Positions 51,040-62,730 of a stretch of DNA of 64,000 bases are shown one piece after another. A model generated the notes under the pieces. The model was not told the origin of the DNA and did not search any database. It was given only the letters and a program-made list of their open reading frames with translations. The position numbers were made by a program, and so were the translations under genes. Origin of the DNA: Mustelus asterias (taxonomy: Eukaryota). Each line of letters starts with the position of its first letter. Positions within the stretch are counted from its first letter, which is position 1. The stretch lies in the NCBI RefSeq assembly GCF_964213995.1, contig NW_027590187.1:744001-808000 (forward strand), written 5' to 3'.

Positions 51040-52672
51040 AATCACCGGCTCCAACGCACGCCTCCCTGATGAGCTCAATGCATTCTGTGCCCGCTCTGAG
51101 CAAGAAGTCAGCGAGAGCACGCGCTCCACCCTGGAAGCCTGAGATGAATCTGTATCTGAGGTCACCATTGCAAATGTCAGAGCAGCTTTCTCAGAGGTCA
51201 ACCCAAGGAAAGTGACTGCCTCGGATAGGGTACCCGGACAAGCACTCAGATCCTGCATGGATCAGCTGGCGGGCGCATTCGCAGACATCTTCAACCTCTT
51301 GTTACAACAATCTGAGGTCCCTACCTGCTTCAAGACGACGACCATCATCCCAGTACCAAAGAAAAGCTAAGCAGCGTGCCTCAATGACCATTATCCAGTG
51401 GCTCAGACATCCATCATTAAGAAGTGCATTGAAAGATCATGGCACAAATCAATTCCAGCCTCCCAGACTATCTGGATGCACGACAGTTCGCCTACCAGCG
51501 CAACAGGACACAGCAGACGCCATCTCCCTGCCCCTGCACTCAGCCCTGGAACACCTCGATAACAAAGACACTTACAGCAGACTTCTATTTATTGACTACA
51601 GCTCAGCCTTCAACACCAATATTCCTACAAAACTCATCTCCAAACTCCGTGGCCTGGACCTCGGCTCCTCTCTCTGCGACTGGATACTGAACTTCCTAAC
51701 CCACAGGCCACAATCAGAAAGGAGAAGCAACAACACCTCCTCCACGATCATCCCCAACACTGGTGCCCCACAAGGCTATGTTCTCAGCCCACTACTATAC
51801 TCCTGTGACTGTGTGGCCAAATTCCCCTCCAATTCGATTTTCAAGTTTGCTGACGACACCACCGCAGTGGGCCGGATCGCAAACAATGATGAGAGAGTTC
51901 AGGAACGAGATAGAGAATCTGGTGAACTGGTGCAGTGACAATAATCTGTCCCCCAATGTCAACAAAATGAAGGAGATTGTCATCTACTTCAGGAAGCATA
52001 AGAGAGAACATGCCCCTGTCTACATTAACGGGGACGAAGTAGAAATGGTCGATAGCTTCATGTTTTTAGGTGTCCAGATCACCAACAACCTGTCCTGGTC
52101 CGGCTCATGCCGACACTATAGTTAAGAAAGCACCACCAACGTCTATACTTTCTCAGCAGACTAAAGAAATTTAGCACATCAGCTACGACTCTCACCAACT
52201 GTTAGAGATGCACCATAGAAAGCATTATTTCTGGTTGTATCACAACTTGGTTTGGCTCCTGCTCTGCCCAAGACTGCAAGAAACTACAAAATGTTGTGAA
52301 TGTAGCCCAATCCATCACGCAAACCAGCCTCCCATCCATTGACTCTGTATACACTTCCTGCTGCCAGCCAGCAGAATTCAGGACCCCACTCACCCCGGAC
52401 ATCATCTCTTCCACCTTCTTCCGTTGGGAAAAAGATAGAAAAGTCTGAGGTCACGTACCAACCGACTCAAGAACAGTTTCTTCCCTGCTGCTGCCAGACT
52501 TTTGAATGGACCTACCTTGCATTAAGTTGATCTTTCTCTACACCCTCGCTATGACTACATTCTGCACTCTCTCCTTTACTTCTCTATGAAAGGTATGCTT
52601 TGTCTATATAGCGCGCAAGAAACAGTAATTTTCACTGCATACTCATACACGTGAAAATAATAAATCAAATCA
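51040..52672 (+). mobile_element. Rex1/Babar LINE RT half + 3' tail
   Basis: [37 protein letters not shown]...NTGAPQG.VLSPLLY...KFADDTT; tail aataataaatcaaatca. Confidence 0.88.
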
Positions 52673-53122
52673 TATAAGGTAGGAGTAGATGAAGAAGGAA
52701 TCGCAGTGGAATACAAGGATAGGTTTGGAAAGCATGTGTGTAATCACACAAAGTGTCATCGAGTCAGAGGTTTACAGCATGGAAACAGGCCCTTTGGCCC
52801 AACTGGTCCATACCACCCCGTTTTTTAACCCCCTAATCTAGTCCCAATTGCCTGCATTTGGCCCATATCCCTCTGTACCTATCTTACCCATGTAACTGTC
52901 TCAACGCTTCTTAACAGACAAAATTGTACCCACCTCTACTACAACTGTGGCAGCTTGTTCCAGACACTTATCACCTTCTGGGTGAAAAAATTGCACCTCT
53001 GGACTCTTTTATATCTCTCCCCTCTCACCTTAAACCTATGCCCTCTCGTTTTAGACTCCCCTACCTTTGGGAAAAGATATCGACTATCTAGCTGCCCGAT
53101 GCTCCTCATTATTTTATATTAA

Positions 53123-55780
53123 TTAGGAACAAAATGTGGAATCATTATGGGTAGAGATGAGGAATAGTAGAGGGAGAAAGACACTAGTAGGTGTGGTATA
53201 TAGGCCCCCAAATAATAATGTTGAGGTAGGGAGGGCTATAAACAAGCAGATAAGGGATGCGTGTAAAAACGGAACGGCAATAATCATGGGGGACTTCAAC
53301 ATGCACATTGACTGGCAGACTTAAGTCAGTAAGGGTGGAATGGAGGAAGAGTTCTTAGAATACTGTCGGGATAGTTTCCTTGAACAGCATGTTACGGAAC
53401 CGACGAGGGAACGAGCTATTTTGGATCTGGTATTGTGTAACGAGGTAGGTAGAATTAAGGATCTTATTGTGAAGGACCCTCTTGGGTCTAGTGACCACAA
53501 TATGGTCGAGGTCGAATTTCTGATTCAGATGGAAGAGGAGAAAGTTTGGTCCCAAACCAGTGTCCTCTGTTTGAACAGAGGGAAATATGATAGGAATTGG
53601 CTAAGGCAGACTGGGAGAGCAGGCTGGCAGGTAGGATAGCTGAGGAACAGTGGAGGATTTTTAAGGAGATCCTTTTCAGTTCTCAGCAAAAATATATTCC
53701 AGCAAAAAACAAGGATTGTAAGAAAAGGGAGAACCAGCCGTGGATAACGAAGGAAATAAAGGAGAGTATTAAAATAAAAACAGCTGCGTACAGAGTGGCC
53801 AAAAAAAGTGGAGAAACAAGTGATTGGGAAAAATTTAAGAAACAACAAAGAGAGACTAAGAAAGCGATAAAGAAAGGAAGGATAGACTATGAAGCTAGGC
53901 TAGCAATTAATATAAAAAATGATAGTAAAAGTTTTTATAAATATATAAAAAGGAATAGAGTGGCTAGAGTGAATGTTGGACCCTTGGAGGACGAGAGGGG
54001 GGAGTTAATAGTGGGAAATGAGGATATGGCTGAGTCTTTAAATAAGTTTTTTGTGTCGGTCTTCACGGTGGAGGACACAAATAGTTTGCCAAACATTAAC
54101 GATAGAGGGTTGGCAGCAGGAGAAATACTTAATACAATTAATGTTACCAGAGAGGCAGTGCTGGGTAGACTAATGGGACTGAAGGTGGACAAGTCCCCGG
54201 GTCCGGATGGAATGCATCCCAGGGTATTGAAAGAAATATCAGAGGTAATAGTGGATGCGTTAGTGATTATTTATCAAAACTCGTTGCATTCTGGGGTAGT
54301 GCCGGTTGATTGGAAAACGGCTAATGTTACGCCGCTGTTTAAAAAAGGAAGGAGACAAAAGGCGGGTAACTATAGGCCGGTCAGCTTAACGTCTGTAGTA
54401 GGGGAAATGCTGGAATCCATTATTAAAGAGGAGATAGCAGGGCATCTGGATAGAAATGGTTCGATCAATCAGACGCAGCATGGATTCATGAGGGGAAAGT
54501 CGTGCTTGACGAACATGTTGGATTTTTATGAAGATGTGACTAGGGCGGTTGATGGAGGAGAACCGGTGGATGTGGTGTTTTTGAATTTCCAAAAGGCGTT
54601 TGATAAGGTGCCCCATAAAAGGCTGCTGAAGAGGATTAGGGCACACGGAGTTGGGGGTAGTGTGTTAAAGTGGATTGGGGACTGGCTATCCGACAGGAAG
54701 CAAAGAGTCGGAATAAATGGGTGTTTTTCCGGTTGGAGGAAGGTAACTAGTGGCGTGCCGCAGGGATCGGTACTCGGGCCGCAACTGTTTACCATTTATA
54801 TAGATGATCTGGAGGAGGGGACGGAGTGTAGGGTAACGAAGTTTGCAGACGACACAAAGATAAGTGGAAAAGTGAATCGTGTGGAGGACGGAGAAGATCT
54901 GCAGAGAGATTTGGACAGGCTGAGTGAGTGGGCGAGGATATGGCAAATGGAGTATAACGTTGATAAATGCGAGGTTATACACTTTGGAGGAAATAATAAC
55001 AAATGGGATTACTATCTCAATGGAAACAAATTAAAACATGCTACCGTGCAAAGGGACCTGGGGGTCCTTGTGCATGAGACGCAAAAGCCCAGTCTGCAGG
55101 TACAACAGGTGATCAAGAAGGCAAATGGGATGTTGGCCTATATCGCGAGGGGGATAGAATATAAAAGCAGGGATGTCTTGATGCACCTGTACAAGGCATT
55201 GGTGAGGCCGCAGCTGGAATACTGTGTGCAGTATTGGTCCCCTTATATGAGGAAGGATATATTGGCATTGGAGGGAGTGCAGAGAAGGTTCACCAGGTTG
55301 ATACCGGAGATGAGGGGTTTGGATTATGAGGAGAGGCTGAGGAGATTGGGTTTGTACTCGTTGGAGTTTAGAAGGATGAGGGGGGATCTTATGGAGACTT
55401 ATAAGATAATGCGGGGGCTGGATAGGGTGGAGGCGGAGAGATTCTTTCCACTTAGTAAGGAAGTTAAAACTAGAGGACACAGCCTCAAAATAAAGGGGGG
55501 TCGGTTTAAGACAGAGTTGAGGAGGAACTTCTTCTCCCAGAGGGTGGTGAATCTCTGGAATTCTTTGCCCACTGAGGTGGTGGAGGCTACCTCGCTGAAT
55601 ATGTTTAAAGCGCGGATGGATGGATTCCTGATCGGTAAGGGAATTAAGGGTTATGGGGATCAGGCGGGTAGGTGGTACTGATCCACGTCAGATCAGCCAT
55701 GATCTTATTGAATGGCGGGGCAGGCTCGAGGGGCTAGATGGCCTACTCCTGCTCCTATTTCTTATGTTCTTATGTTCTTA
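53123..55780 (+). mobile_element. CR1 LINE ORF2 (partial APE + uninterrupted 694-aa RT region) + 3' UTR
   Basis: GVVYRPP, GDFN, SDHN; ORF 53597..55681 carries the full RT motif set; tail (TTCTTATG)3. Confidence 0.95.
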
Positions 55781-55979
55781 TAACACTCTATAACATCACC
55801 CCTCAGCCTTGTATGCTTCAGAGAAAAACGTCCCAGTCTATCCAGCCTCTCCTTATAATTCAAACCATCAAGTCTCGGTAGCATCCTATAAATCTTTTCT
55901 GCACTCTTTCTTATTTAATAATATCCTTTCTATAATGTGACCAGAACTGTACACAGTATTCCAAGTGTGGCCTGATCAA

Positions 55980-56262
55980 TAGAACCATAGAAAATTACAG
56001 CTCAGAAACAGGCCTTTTGGCCCTTCTTGTCTGTGCCGAACCATTTTTTGCCTCGTCCCATTGACCTGCACTTGGACCATATCCCTACACACCCCTCTCA
56101 TCCATGAACCCGTCCAAGTTTTTCTTAAATGTTAAAAGTGACCCCGCATTTACCACTTTATCCGGCAGCTCATTCCACACTCCCACCACTCTCTGCGTGA
56201 AGAATCCCCCCCTAATATTCCCTTTAAACTTTTCTCCTTTCACCCTTAACCCATGCCCTCTT
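55980..56262 (-). mobile_element. CR1 3' fragment of another subfamily
   Basis: Reverse complement RGHGLRVKGEKFKGNIRGGFFTQRVVGVWNELP plus tail. Confidence 0.8.
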
Positions 56263-56419
56263 GTACAACTTCGACAAGACGTCCCAATGTCTTGTACAAT
56301 TTCAAATACCCAATGTCTTGTACAACTTCAACAAGACGTCCCAACTCCTGTATTCAATATTCTGTAAGAAGTTTAACAACACCAGGTTAAAGTCCAACAG
56401 GTTTATTTGGTAGCAAAAG

Positions 56420-56462
56420 CCACACAAGCTTTCGGAGCTCTTAGCCCCTTCTTCAGGTGAGT
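56420..56462 (-). ncRNA. Mirror copy of the hammerhead motif on the minus strand
   Basis: Exact reverse complement of the 57350-57392 core. Confidence 0.7.
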
Positions 56463-57349
56463 GGGAATTCTGTTCACAAACAGAGTTTATAAAGACACAG
56501 ACTCAATTTACATGAATAATGGTTGGAATGCGAATACTTACAACTAATCAAGTCTTTAAGAAACAAAACAATGTGAGTGGAGAGAGCATCAAGACAGGCT
56601 AAAAAGATGTGTATTGTTTCCAGACAAGACAGCCAGTGAAACTCTGCAGGTCCACGCAACTGTGGGAGTTACAAATAGTGTGACATGAACCCAGTATCCC
56701 GGTTGAGGCCGTCCTCGTGTGTGCGGAACTTGGCTATCAGTTTCTGCTCAGCGACTCTGCGCTGTCGTGTGTCGCGAAGGCCGCCTTGGAGAACGCTTAC
56801 CCGAATATCAGAGGCCGAAAGCCCGTGACCGCTGAAGTGCTCCCCAACAGGAAGAGAACAGTCTTGCCTGGTGATTGTCGAGCGGTGTTCATTCATCCGT
56901 TGTCGCAGCATCAACGGATGAATGAACACCGCTCGACAATCACCAGGCAAGACTGTTCTCTTCCTGTTGGGGAGCACTTCAGCGGTCACGGGCATTCGGC
57001 CTCTGATATTCGGGTAAGCGTCCTCCAAGGCGGCCTTCGCGACACACGACAGCGCAGTCGCTGAGCAGAAACTGATAGCCAAGTTCCGCACACACGCGGA
57101 CGGCCTCAACCGGGATATTGGGTTCATGTCGCACTATTTGTAACTCCGACAGTTGCGTGGACCTGCAGAGTTTCACTGGTTGTCTTGTCTGGAGACAATA
57201 CACATCTTTTTAGCCTGTCTTGATGCTCTCTCCACTCACATTGTTTCGTTTCTTAAAGACTTGATTAGTTGTAAGTATTCGCATTCCAACCATTATTCAT
57301 GTAAATTGAGTCTGTGTCTTTATAAGCTCTGTTTGTGAACAGAATTCCC

Positions 57350-57392
57350 ACTCACCTGAAGAAGGGGCTAAGAGCTCCGAAAGCTTGTGTGG
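57350..57392 (+). ncRNA. Minimal type-I hammerhead ribozyme motif in the Penelope terminal repeat
   Basis: CAC-CTGAAGA-A-GGGGC(TAAGA)GCTCC-GAAA-GCTT-GTG: conserved CUGANGA/GAAA core, stem II, palindromic AAGCTT. PLE-associated minimal HHRs are established. Confidence 0.7.
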
Positions 57393-58384
57393 CTTTTGCT
57401 ACCAAATAAACCTGTTGGACTTTAACCTGGTGTTGTTAAACTTCTTACTGTGTTTACCCCAGTCCAACGCCGGCATCTCCACATCTTCAATATTCTGACC
57501 AGTGAAACGAAGCATGCTGAATGTCTTCTTCACCATTCTGTCCACCTGTGTCTTCACTTTCAAGGAGCTATGAACCTGTACCCCGAGATCTCTTTGTTCT
57601 ATAACGCTCCCCAACTCCCTGCTATTAACTGACTAAGTCCTGCCCTGGTTCGATCTACCAAAATGCATCACCTTGCATTTGTCGAAATTAAACTACATCT
57701 GCCATTCGTCAGCCCACTGGCCCAATTGATCACAATACTGTTGCAATCCTAGATAACCTTCTTCACTGTCCACTATGCCAGCAATCTTGGTAACATAGTG
57801 GACAGTGTGGTGAATAAGGTTGGTGAGTTAGAAGCACAAATAGCCACATAGGAACACAAGAGAGTGTCAATGTTGAAAATGCGGTCTGGAAATGGAGAGA
57901 ACCGGGCGATTACTATTCAATACAATGTGAACAGAAAAGAGAGAAGGGTAAAAGGTAGGTGTGGTGAGAAGGAAATAGAGCAGCAAATCTACAGGCAGAT
58001 CATGCATTGTAGATACAGAATTAATTCCATTCTCACACAGACTGACAGGAAGGTTGACCACATGATCCAAGTGTCTGGAGGTGGTCACTTGAGTAACAGT
58101 GATCATTGTGTCACAAGCTTGATATTAGCGAGGAACAATCTAAAGTAGCACTTCTGAACGGGAAGAGGACTAACCTCAATGGGAGGAGCTGGAATTGAGC
58201 CAGAGTAAACTGGAGCCAAAATCTGACAGGAAAAGCTGTCACAGAACAATGGGTGATCTTTCAGGAGATGTTTCAGGTACAGACTCGGTACATTCTAATC
58301 AGGGTGAAAGGGAGGGGAACCAAAGCCAGGGCTCCTTGGAGGATGAAGAAGATAGAAAGTATAATGAAACAATGAAGAGGCCAT

Positions 58385-59595
58385 TTGATTGAGTTTTTTG
58401 AAGGGGTAACCAAGAAGGTAGATGAGGGCAGTGCAGTTGATGTTGTCTACATGGACTTTAGCAAGGCCTTTGACAAGGTACCGCATGGTAGGTTGTTGCA
58501 TAAGGTTAAATCTCACGGGATCCAGGGTGAGGTATCTAATTGGATACAAAATTGACTTCTTGACAGAAGCCAGATGGTGGTTGTAGAGAGTTGTTTTTCA
58601 AACTGGAGGCCTGTGACCAGGGATGTGCCTCAGGGATCTGTGCTAGGTCCACTGTTATTTGTCATTTATATTCATAATTTGATGAGAATATATGAGGAAT
58701 GGTTAGTAAGTTTGCAGATGACACTACGATTGGTGGCAGAGTGGACAGTGAAGAAAGTGATCTCCAATTGCAAGGGGATCTTGATCAATTGGGCCAGTGG
58801 GCTGACGAATGGCAGATGGAGTTTAAATGCGAGGTGATGCATTTTGGTAGATTGAACCAGGGCAGGACTGACTCAGTTAATAGTAGGGCATTGGGGAAAG
58901 TTACAGAACAAAGAGATCTAGGGGTACATGTTCATAGCTCCTTGAAAGTGGAGTCACAGGTGGACAGAGTGGTGAAGAAGGCATTCGGCATGCTTGGTTT
59001 CATTGGTCAGAACACTGAATACAGGACTTGGAATGTCTTGTTGAAGTTGTACAAAACATTGGTAAAGCCACACTTGGAATACTGTGTGCAATTCTGGTCA
59101 CCCTATTTTAGAAAGGATATTATTAAACTAGAAAGAGTGTAGAAAATATTTACTAGGATGCTACCGGGACTTGATGGATTGAGTTATAAGGAGATGCTGG
59201 ATAAACTGGGACTTTTTCTTCTGGAGCGTAGGTGGTGATCTTATAGAGGTCTATAAAATAATGAGGTGCCCAGATCAGCTGGATAGTCTATATCTTTTCC
59301 CAAAGGTAGGGGAGTCCAAAACTAGAGGGGAGAGATACAAAAGTGTCCAGAGGGGCAATTTTTTCACAGAGGATGGTGAGTGTCTGGAACAAGCTGCCAG
59401 AGGTAGTAGTAGAGGCGGGTACAATTTTGTCTTTTAAAAAGCATTTGGATAGTTACATGGGTACAATGGGTATAGAGGGATATGGGCCAAATGCGGGCAA
59501 TTGGGATTACCTTGACTTTGTTTTTTAAAAAAAGGGCGGCATGGACAAGTTTGGCCGAAGGGCCTGTTTCCATGTTGTAAACCTCTATGACTCTA
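58385..59595 (+). mobile_element. CR1 RT + 3' UTR fragment
   Basis: YMDFSKAFDKV, VPQGSVLGPLLF, FADDTTIGG and KPHLEYCVQFWSP. Confidence 0.9.
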
Positions 59596-59629
59596 TGCAT
59601 ATCAGAAGAATTCTTCAAGTGAGAACCAT

Positions 59630-60480
59630 TAGAGTGTGGAATTCACACTCTATCTGTCCATCTCTGTTACTGTATGAGAATGTGGAGTTAACTCATTCCC
59701 GCTATCTGTCAATCTGTACATGAGAGCACGATTCACTCTGTCAGTCTCTGTTACTGTATCTCAGGGTGGAACGACAGTGAATTTCTTCCTGTCAGTTTAT
59801 TTGAGGATGGATTAATTCTCTGATGTGTCAGCCTGTATTCGTGCAAGTGAGTGTGGAATTAAATTGATTCGCCAGTCTCAGTTCCTGTGTTTCAGTTTGC
59901 AATTACCTCTCTTGGGGCATCTTGACAAGTACATGAATGAGATGGGAATAGAGGGATATGGTCCCCAGAAGCGTTGGGGGTTTTAGTTAAATCAGGCAGC
60001 ATGGTTGGTGCAGGCTTGGAGGGCCGAAGGGCCTGTTCCTGTGCTATAATTTTCTTTGTTCTCTGTCCTACCCTGGGGGTTGATTTGCTCAGTTGGCTGG
60101 ACAGCGGGACCGTGATGCAGAGTAACCCCAACAGCGTGAGTTCATATTCCTGTACCAGCTGAGGATATTCATGAAAGGAGAGAGCAGCCTATGATCATCT
60201 GGGACTGTGCTGAATTTAGCCATTACCTTTCTGTCCATCTTTGTTAGCGTATGTGAATATAGAATTAATTCTGTATCTGTTATTCTGCATTACTGTATGT
60301 GAATGGGGCATTAACACTGTTCATCTCTGATTTGCACATGAAGCTGGAATTAACTCTTCTCTATTCTTTATCCTTTACTGCAGTGTGGCATTAACACTCT
60401 GTCAATCTCTATTACTGTGTGTAGATGTGGAATTGACTCAATCAATTGATAATAATGTCTGTGTCAGTGTCTGATAGTGT
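59630..60480. repeat. Degenerate ~40-bp tandem repeat (GAGTGTGGAATTAACTC...TCTGTTACTGTAT) interrupted by short TE fragments; resumes at 60960-61090
   Basis: Recurrent GTGGAATT/TCTCTGTTACTG motifs at about 40-bp spacing. Confidence 0.55.
60070..60220 (+). mobile_element. Probable third tRNA-derived SINE family fragment
   Basis: ttgctcagttggctgg A-box-like and gtgagttcatattcc B-box-like segments. Confidence 0.4.
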
Positions 60481-60499
60481 ATGGAAGTGGGTCACTGTC

Positions 60500-60955
60500 A
60501 GCTTAGCAAACTGCAGCGAGTGGAGGCTGATTCCTGAGATGAAGGAGTTCTCTTATGAGGAAAAATTAAACAAGTCTGGCCAATTTTCAGTGGAGAAGAA
60601 TGAGTGAGGATCGTACTAAAACATATAAGATTCTCAAGGGCTTGACAGTGTAGATGCTGACTGGGATGTTGCAATGTGTAGGGGGAAACTGGAACTAGAG
60701 GCACAAGATAAAGCATCTCCAATTTAAGATGGAGATTAGGAGGAATTACTTATTTTAAGGGAACCTTAATTTTTGTCATTGAATAGATTCAATCTTGAGT
60801 TAGACAGATTTTTGAGCTACAAGAGAATCATGGGTTATGGGGACAGGTACTGAAGTGGGGTGGAGGCCACAATCAGATCAGCCATGATCTTACTGAATGG
60901 CAGAACAGGCCTGATGGGCTGAATGGCCTTCTCCTGCTCCTTTTTCTTATGTTCT
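60500..60955 (+). mobile_element. Old CR1 3' fragment
   Basis: Tail gatcagccatgatcttactgaatggcagaacaggc...gggctgaatggccttctcctgctcc. Confidence 0.7.
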
Positions 60956-61514
60956 GGTAGTGTGTGTGTGGGACTAACTCTTTTTCTCAGTCTCTGTTAC
61001 AGTTTTCAGTGTGGAATTAACTCAGTCTGATACTGCATATCAATGTGGAATTGATTCTCTGTCCAACACTTATTGTATGTGAGTGTGCAATGTTTCTTTA
61101 ACTGTACAAGACACAGTTAATGATCTTTGATCAGAAGTGTTTTGACCCGACTGCTCTCAAATTTACTCAGAATTAAACCCATTCTCCTGCTTCTACAGAC
61201 CAAAGTCACCCAAAGAAAAACATACCTTCACAGAAACTGAGGGGTCAAATTCCAAAACCAACATCCAGCTTGATTCAAAATCGCTCTTAATTTGTCTATT
61301 TCAGGCCTCAGTTTTCTGAGCAACAGCTGCAATAATTCACAGGTGAAATCATGTGGACGCTGGACATCTGAAACAAGGTGAAAATTCTGGAATACACAAC
61401 AGGTCAGGCAGCATCTGTGGAGAGAGAAACAGAGTTCATGTTTCAGCTCACTGACAATCAGCCTACAATAAACTACTTGCTGATATCTGCTCATGGCGGC
61501 CGCAGTTCCCACAT

Positions 61515-61870
61515 GAGGAGGTAATGGTGTAGTGGTATTGTCACTGGACTTGTGACCCAGAGGTCCAGAGCAATTCAATGGGACCTGATTATCACCTCAG
61601 CACAGTGTGCAATTTGAGCTCAATTAAAATCTGGAATTAAAGGTCTAATGATGGCCATGTTGTAAAAACCCATTTGGTTCACTGATACCCCTTTAGGAAA
61701 GGAAACCCACCCACATTACCTGTTCTGGCCGACCTGTGACTCCAGACCCACAGTATGTTTTTGACTCTTTAATGCCCTCTGAAATGGCCTAACAAGCCAC
61801 TCAGTTCAAGGGAAATTAGTGCAATAAATGCTGGCCAAGCCAGTTATGAACACATCACATGAATGAAAAC
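61515..61870 (+). mobile_element. tRNA-derived SINE (second family)
   Basis: gaggaggtaatggtgtagtggtattgtcactggac head; body as at 31040-31407. Confidence 0.75.
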
Positions 61871-62284
61871 AATTATCTGCGCCCCAGAAAGCGCTCTATC
61901 CAACACACTGACTTGCCCAGGCACTGAGAATGGGCACGCTCCCCAGGGGCAGCTGCAGGACAACCGGTGCAGGAACTTTCCTCACTGCCACTTGTCTCCC
62001 ATTCCACCAAGCTGCCTGTGTCCTTTTGAAGTTTTCCACTTTCCTCCTCACAGTTGCCAATGCCTCCAAGTTTGGTGGCGTGTGGAAATGTTGAGCTTGT
62101 GTCCTGTACACCAAGGTGTTTGTTTGTTTGTTTGTTCTTTGTGTGTGTCATTAATATATATCAGGAAGAGCAGGGCTCCTAACACCGAGCCCTGGGGAAC
62201 TCCACTGGAAACCTTCCTCCAGTCTGAGAAACAACCATTAACCACTGCTCTCTGTTTCCTCTCACTCACACTGTTCCATATGGG

Positions 62285-62535
62285 GCGGTGAGGGTGGCCT
62301 CGCTGCACCATCCGCTTCATGGTGCCGCTCCCTCGCCGCACATCCGCCGGACCCGGACGCCTCGGCTCCGACCTCTGACTCGGTATTACTGCCGCTGCGC
62401 GCGACCCCGCTGAACTTCCGGGAACAGCACCGCGCATGCTCCGCGCAGACATACGGTTTCCGAGGACGCGGCCGAATGGCAGCTGCGCCGTGCGGACCAT
62501 TCTGAATGAGATCGACCATATTCACCCGCGCGCTG
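62285..62535 (-). promoter_or_regulatory. CpG-rich promoter-like segment with a candidate first exon
   Basis: Dense CpG; ETS-like CTTCCGG and NRF1-like GCGCATGC. Minus-strand Kozak GGCACCATG at 62320 and donor GTGAGT at 62269-62264. Confidence 0.5.
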
Positions 62536-62551
62536 TATCCTGGGTTAGTTA

Positions 62552-62730
62552 TGGTGTTGAAATGCCGGCGTTGGACTGGGGTAAATACAGTAAGAGTTTT
62601 AGCAACACCAGGTTAAAGTCCAACAGGTTTATTTGGTAGCAAATGCCATTAGCTTTCGGAGCGCTGAAAGCTAATGGCATTTGCTGCCAAATAAACCTGT
62701 TGAACTCTAACCTGGTTTTAATTAAACTCT
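62552..62730. mobile_element. 179-bp palindromic Penelope terminal-repeat derivative with a 14-bp TSD
   Basis: Hairpin 62607-62716 centred on TTCGGAGCGCTGAA; TCCTGGGTTAGTTA at 62538-62551 and 62731-62744. Confidence 0.85.

Larger units (their letters stand above)
56365..57485. mobile_element. Fold-back (inverted-dimer) Penelope element: ~540-bp arms, 9-nt loop, 12-bp TSD
   Basis: Arms 56364-56902 and 56912-57448; TTCAATATTCTG at 56353-56364 and 57486-57497; GIY-YIG remnant on both strands. Confidence 0.92.
52760..57795 (-). mobile_element. Host CR1 split into four pieces (52760-53120, 55785-55975, 56320-56364, 57486-57795) by nested insertions
   Basis: The pieces are collinear with the reverse complement of 58720-59595. 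Confidence 0.75.

Noticed and set aside
53597-55681. 694-aa RT ORF as a domesticated gene or retron-like system
   Set aside because: It is an ordinary 5'-truncated CR1 ORF2, with stops and frameshifts in the APE part and a standard CR1 tail.
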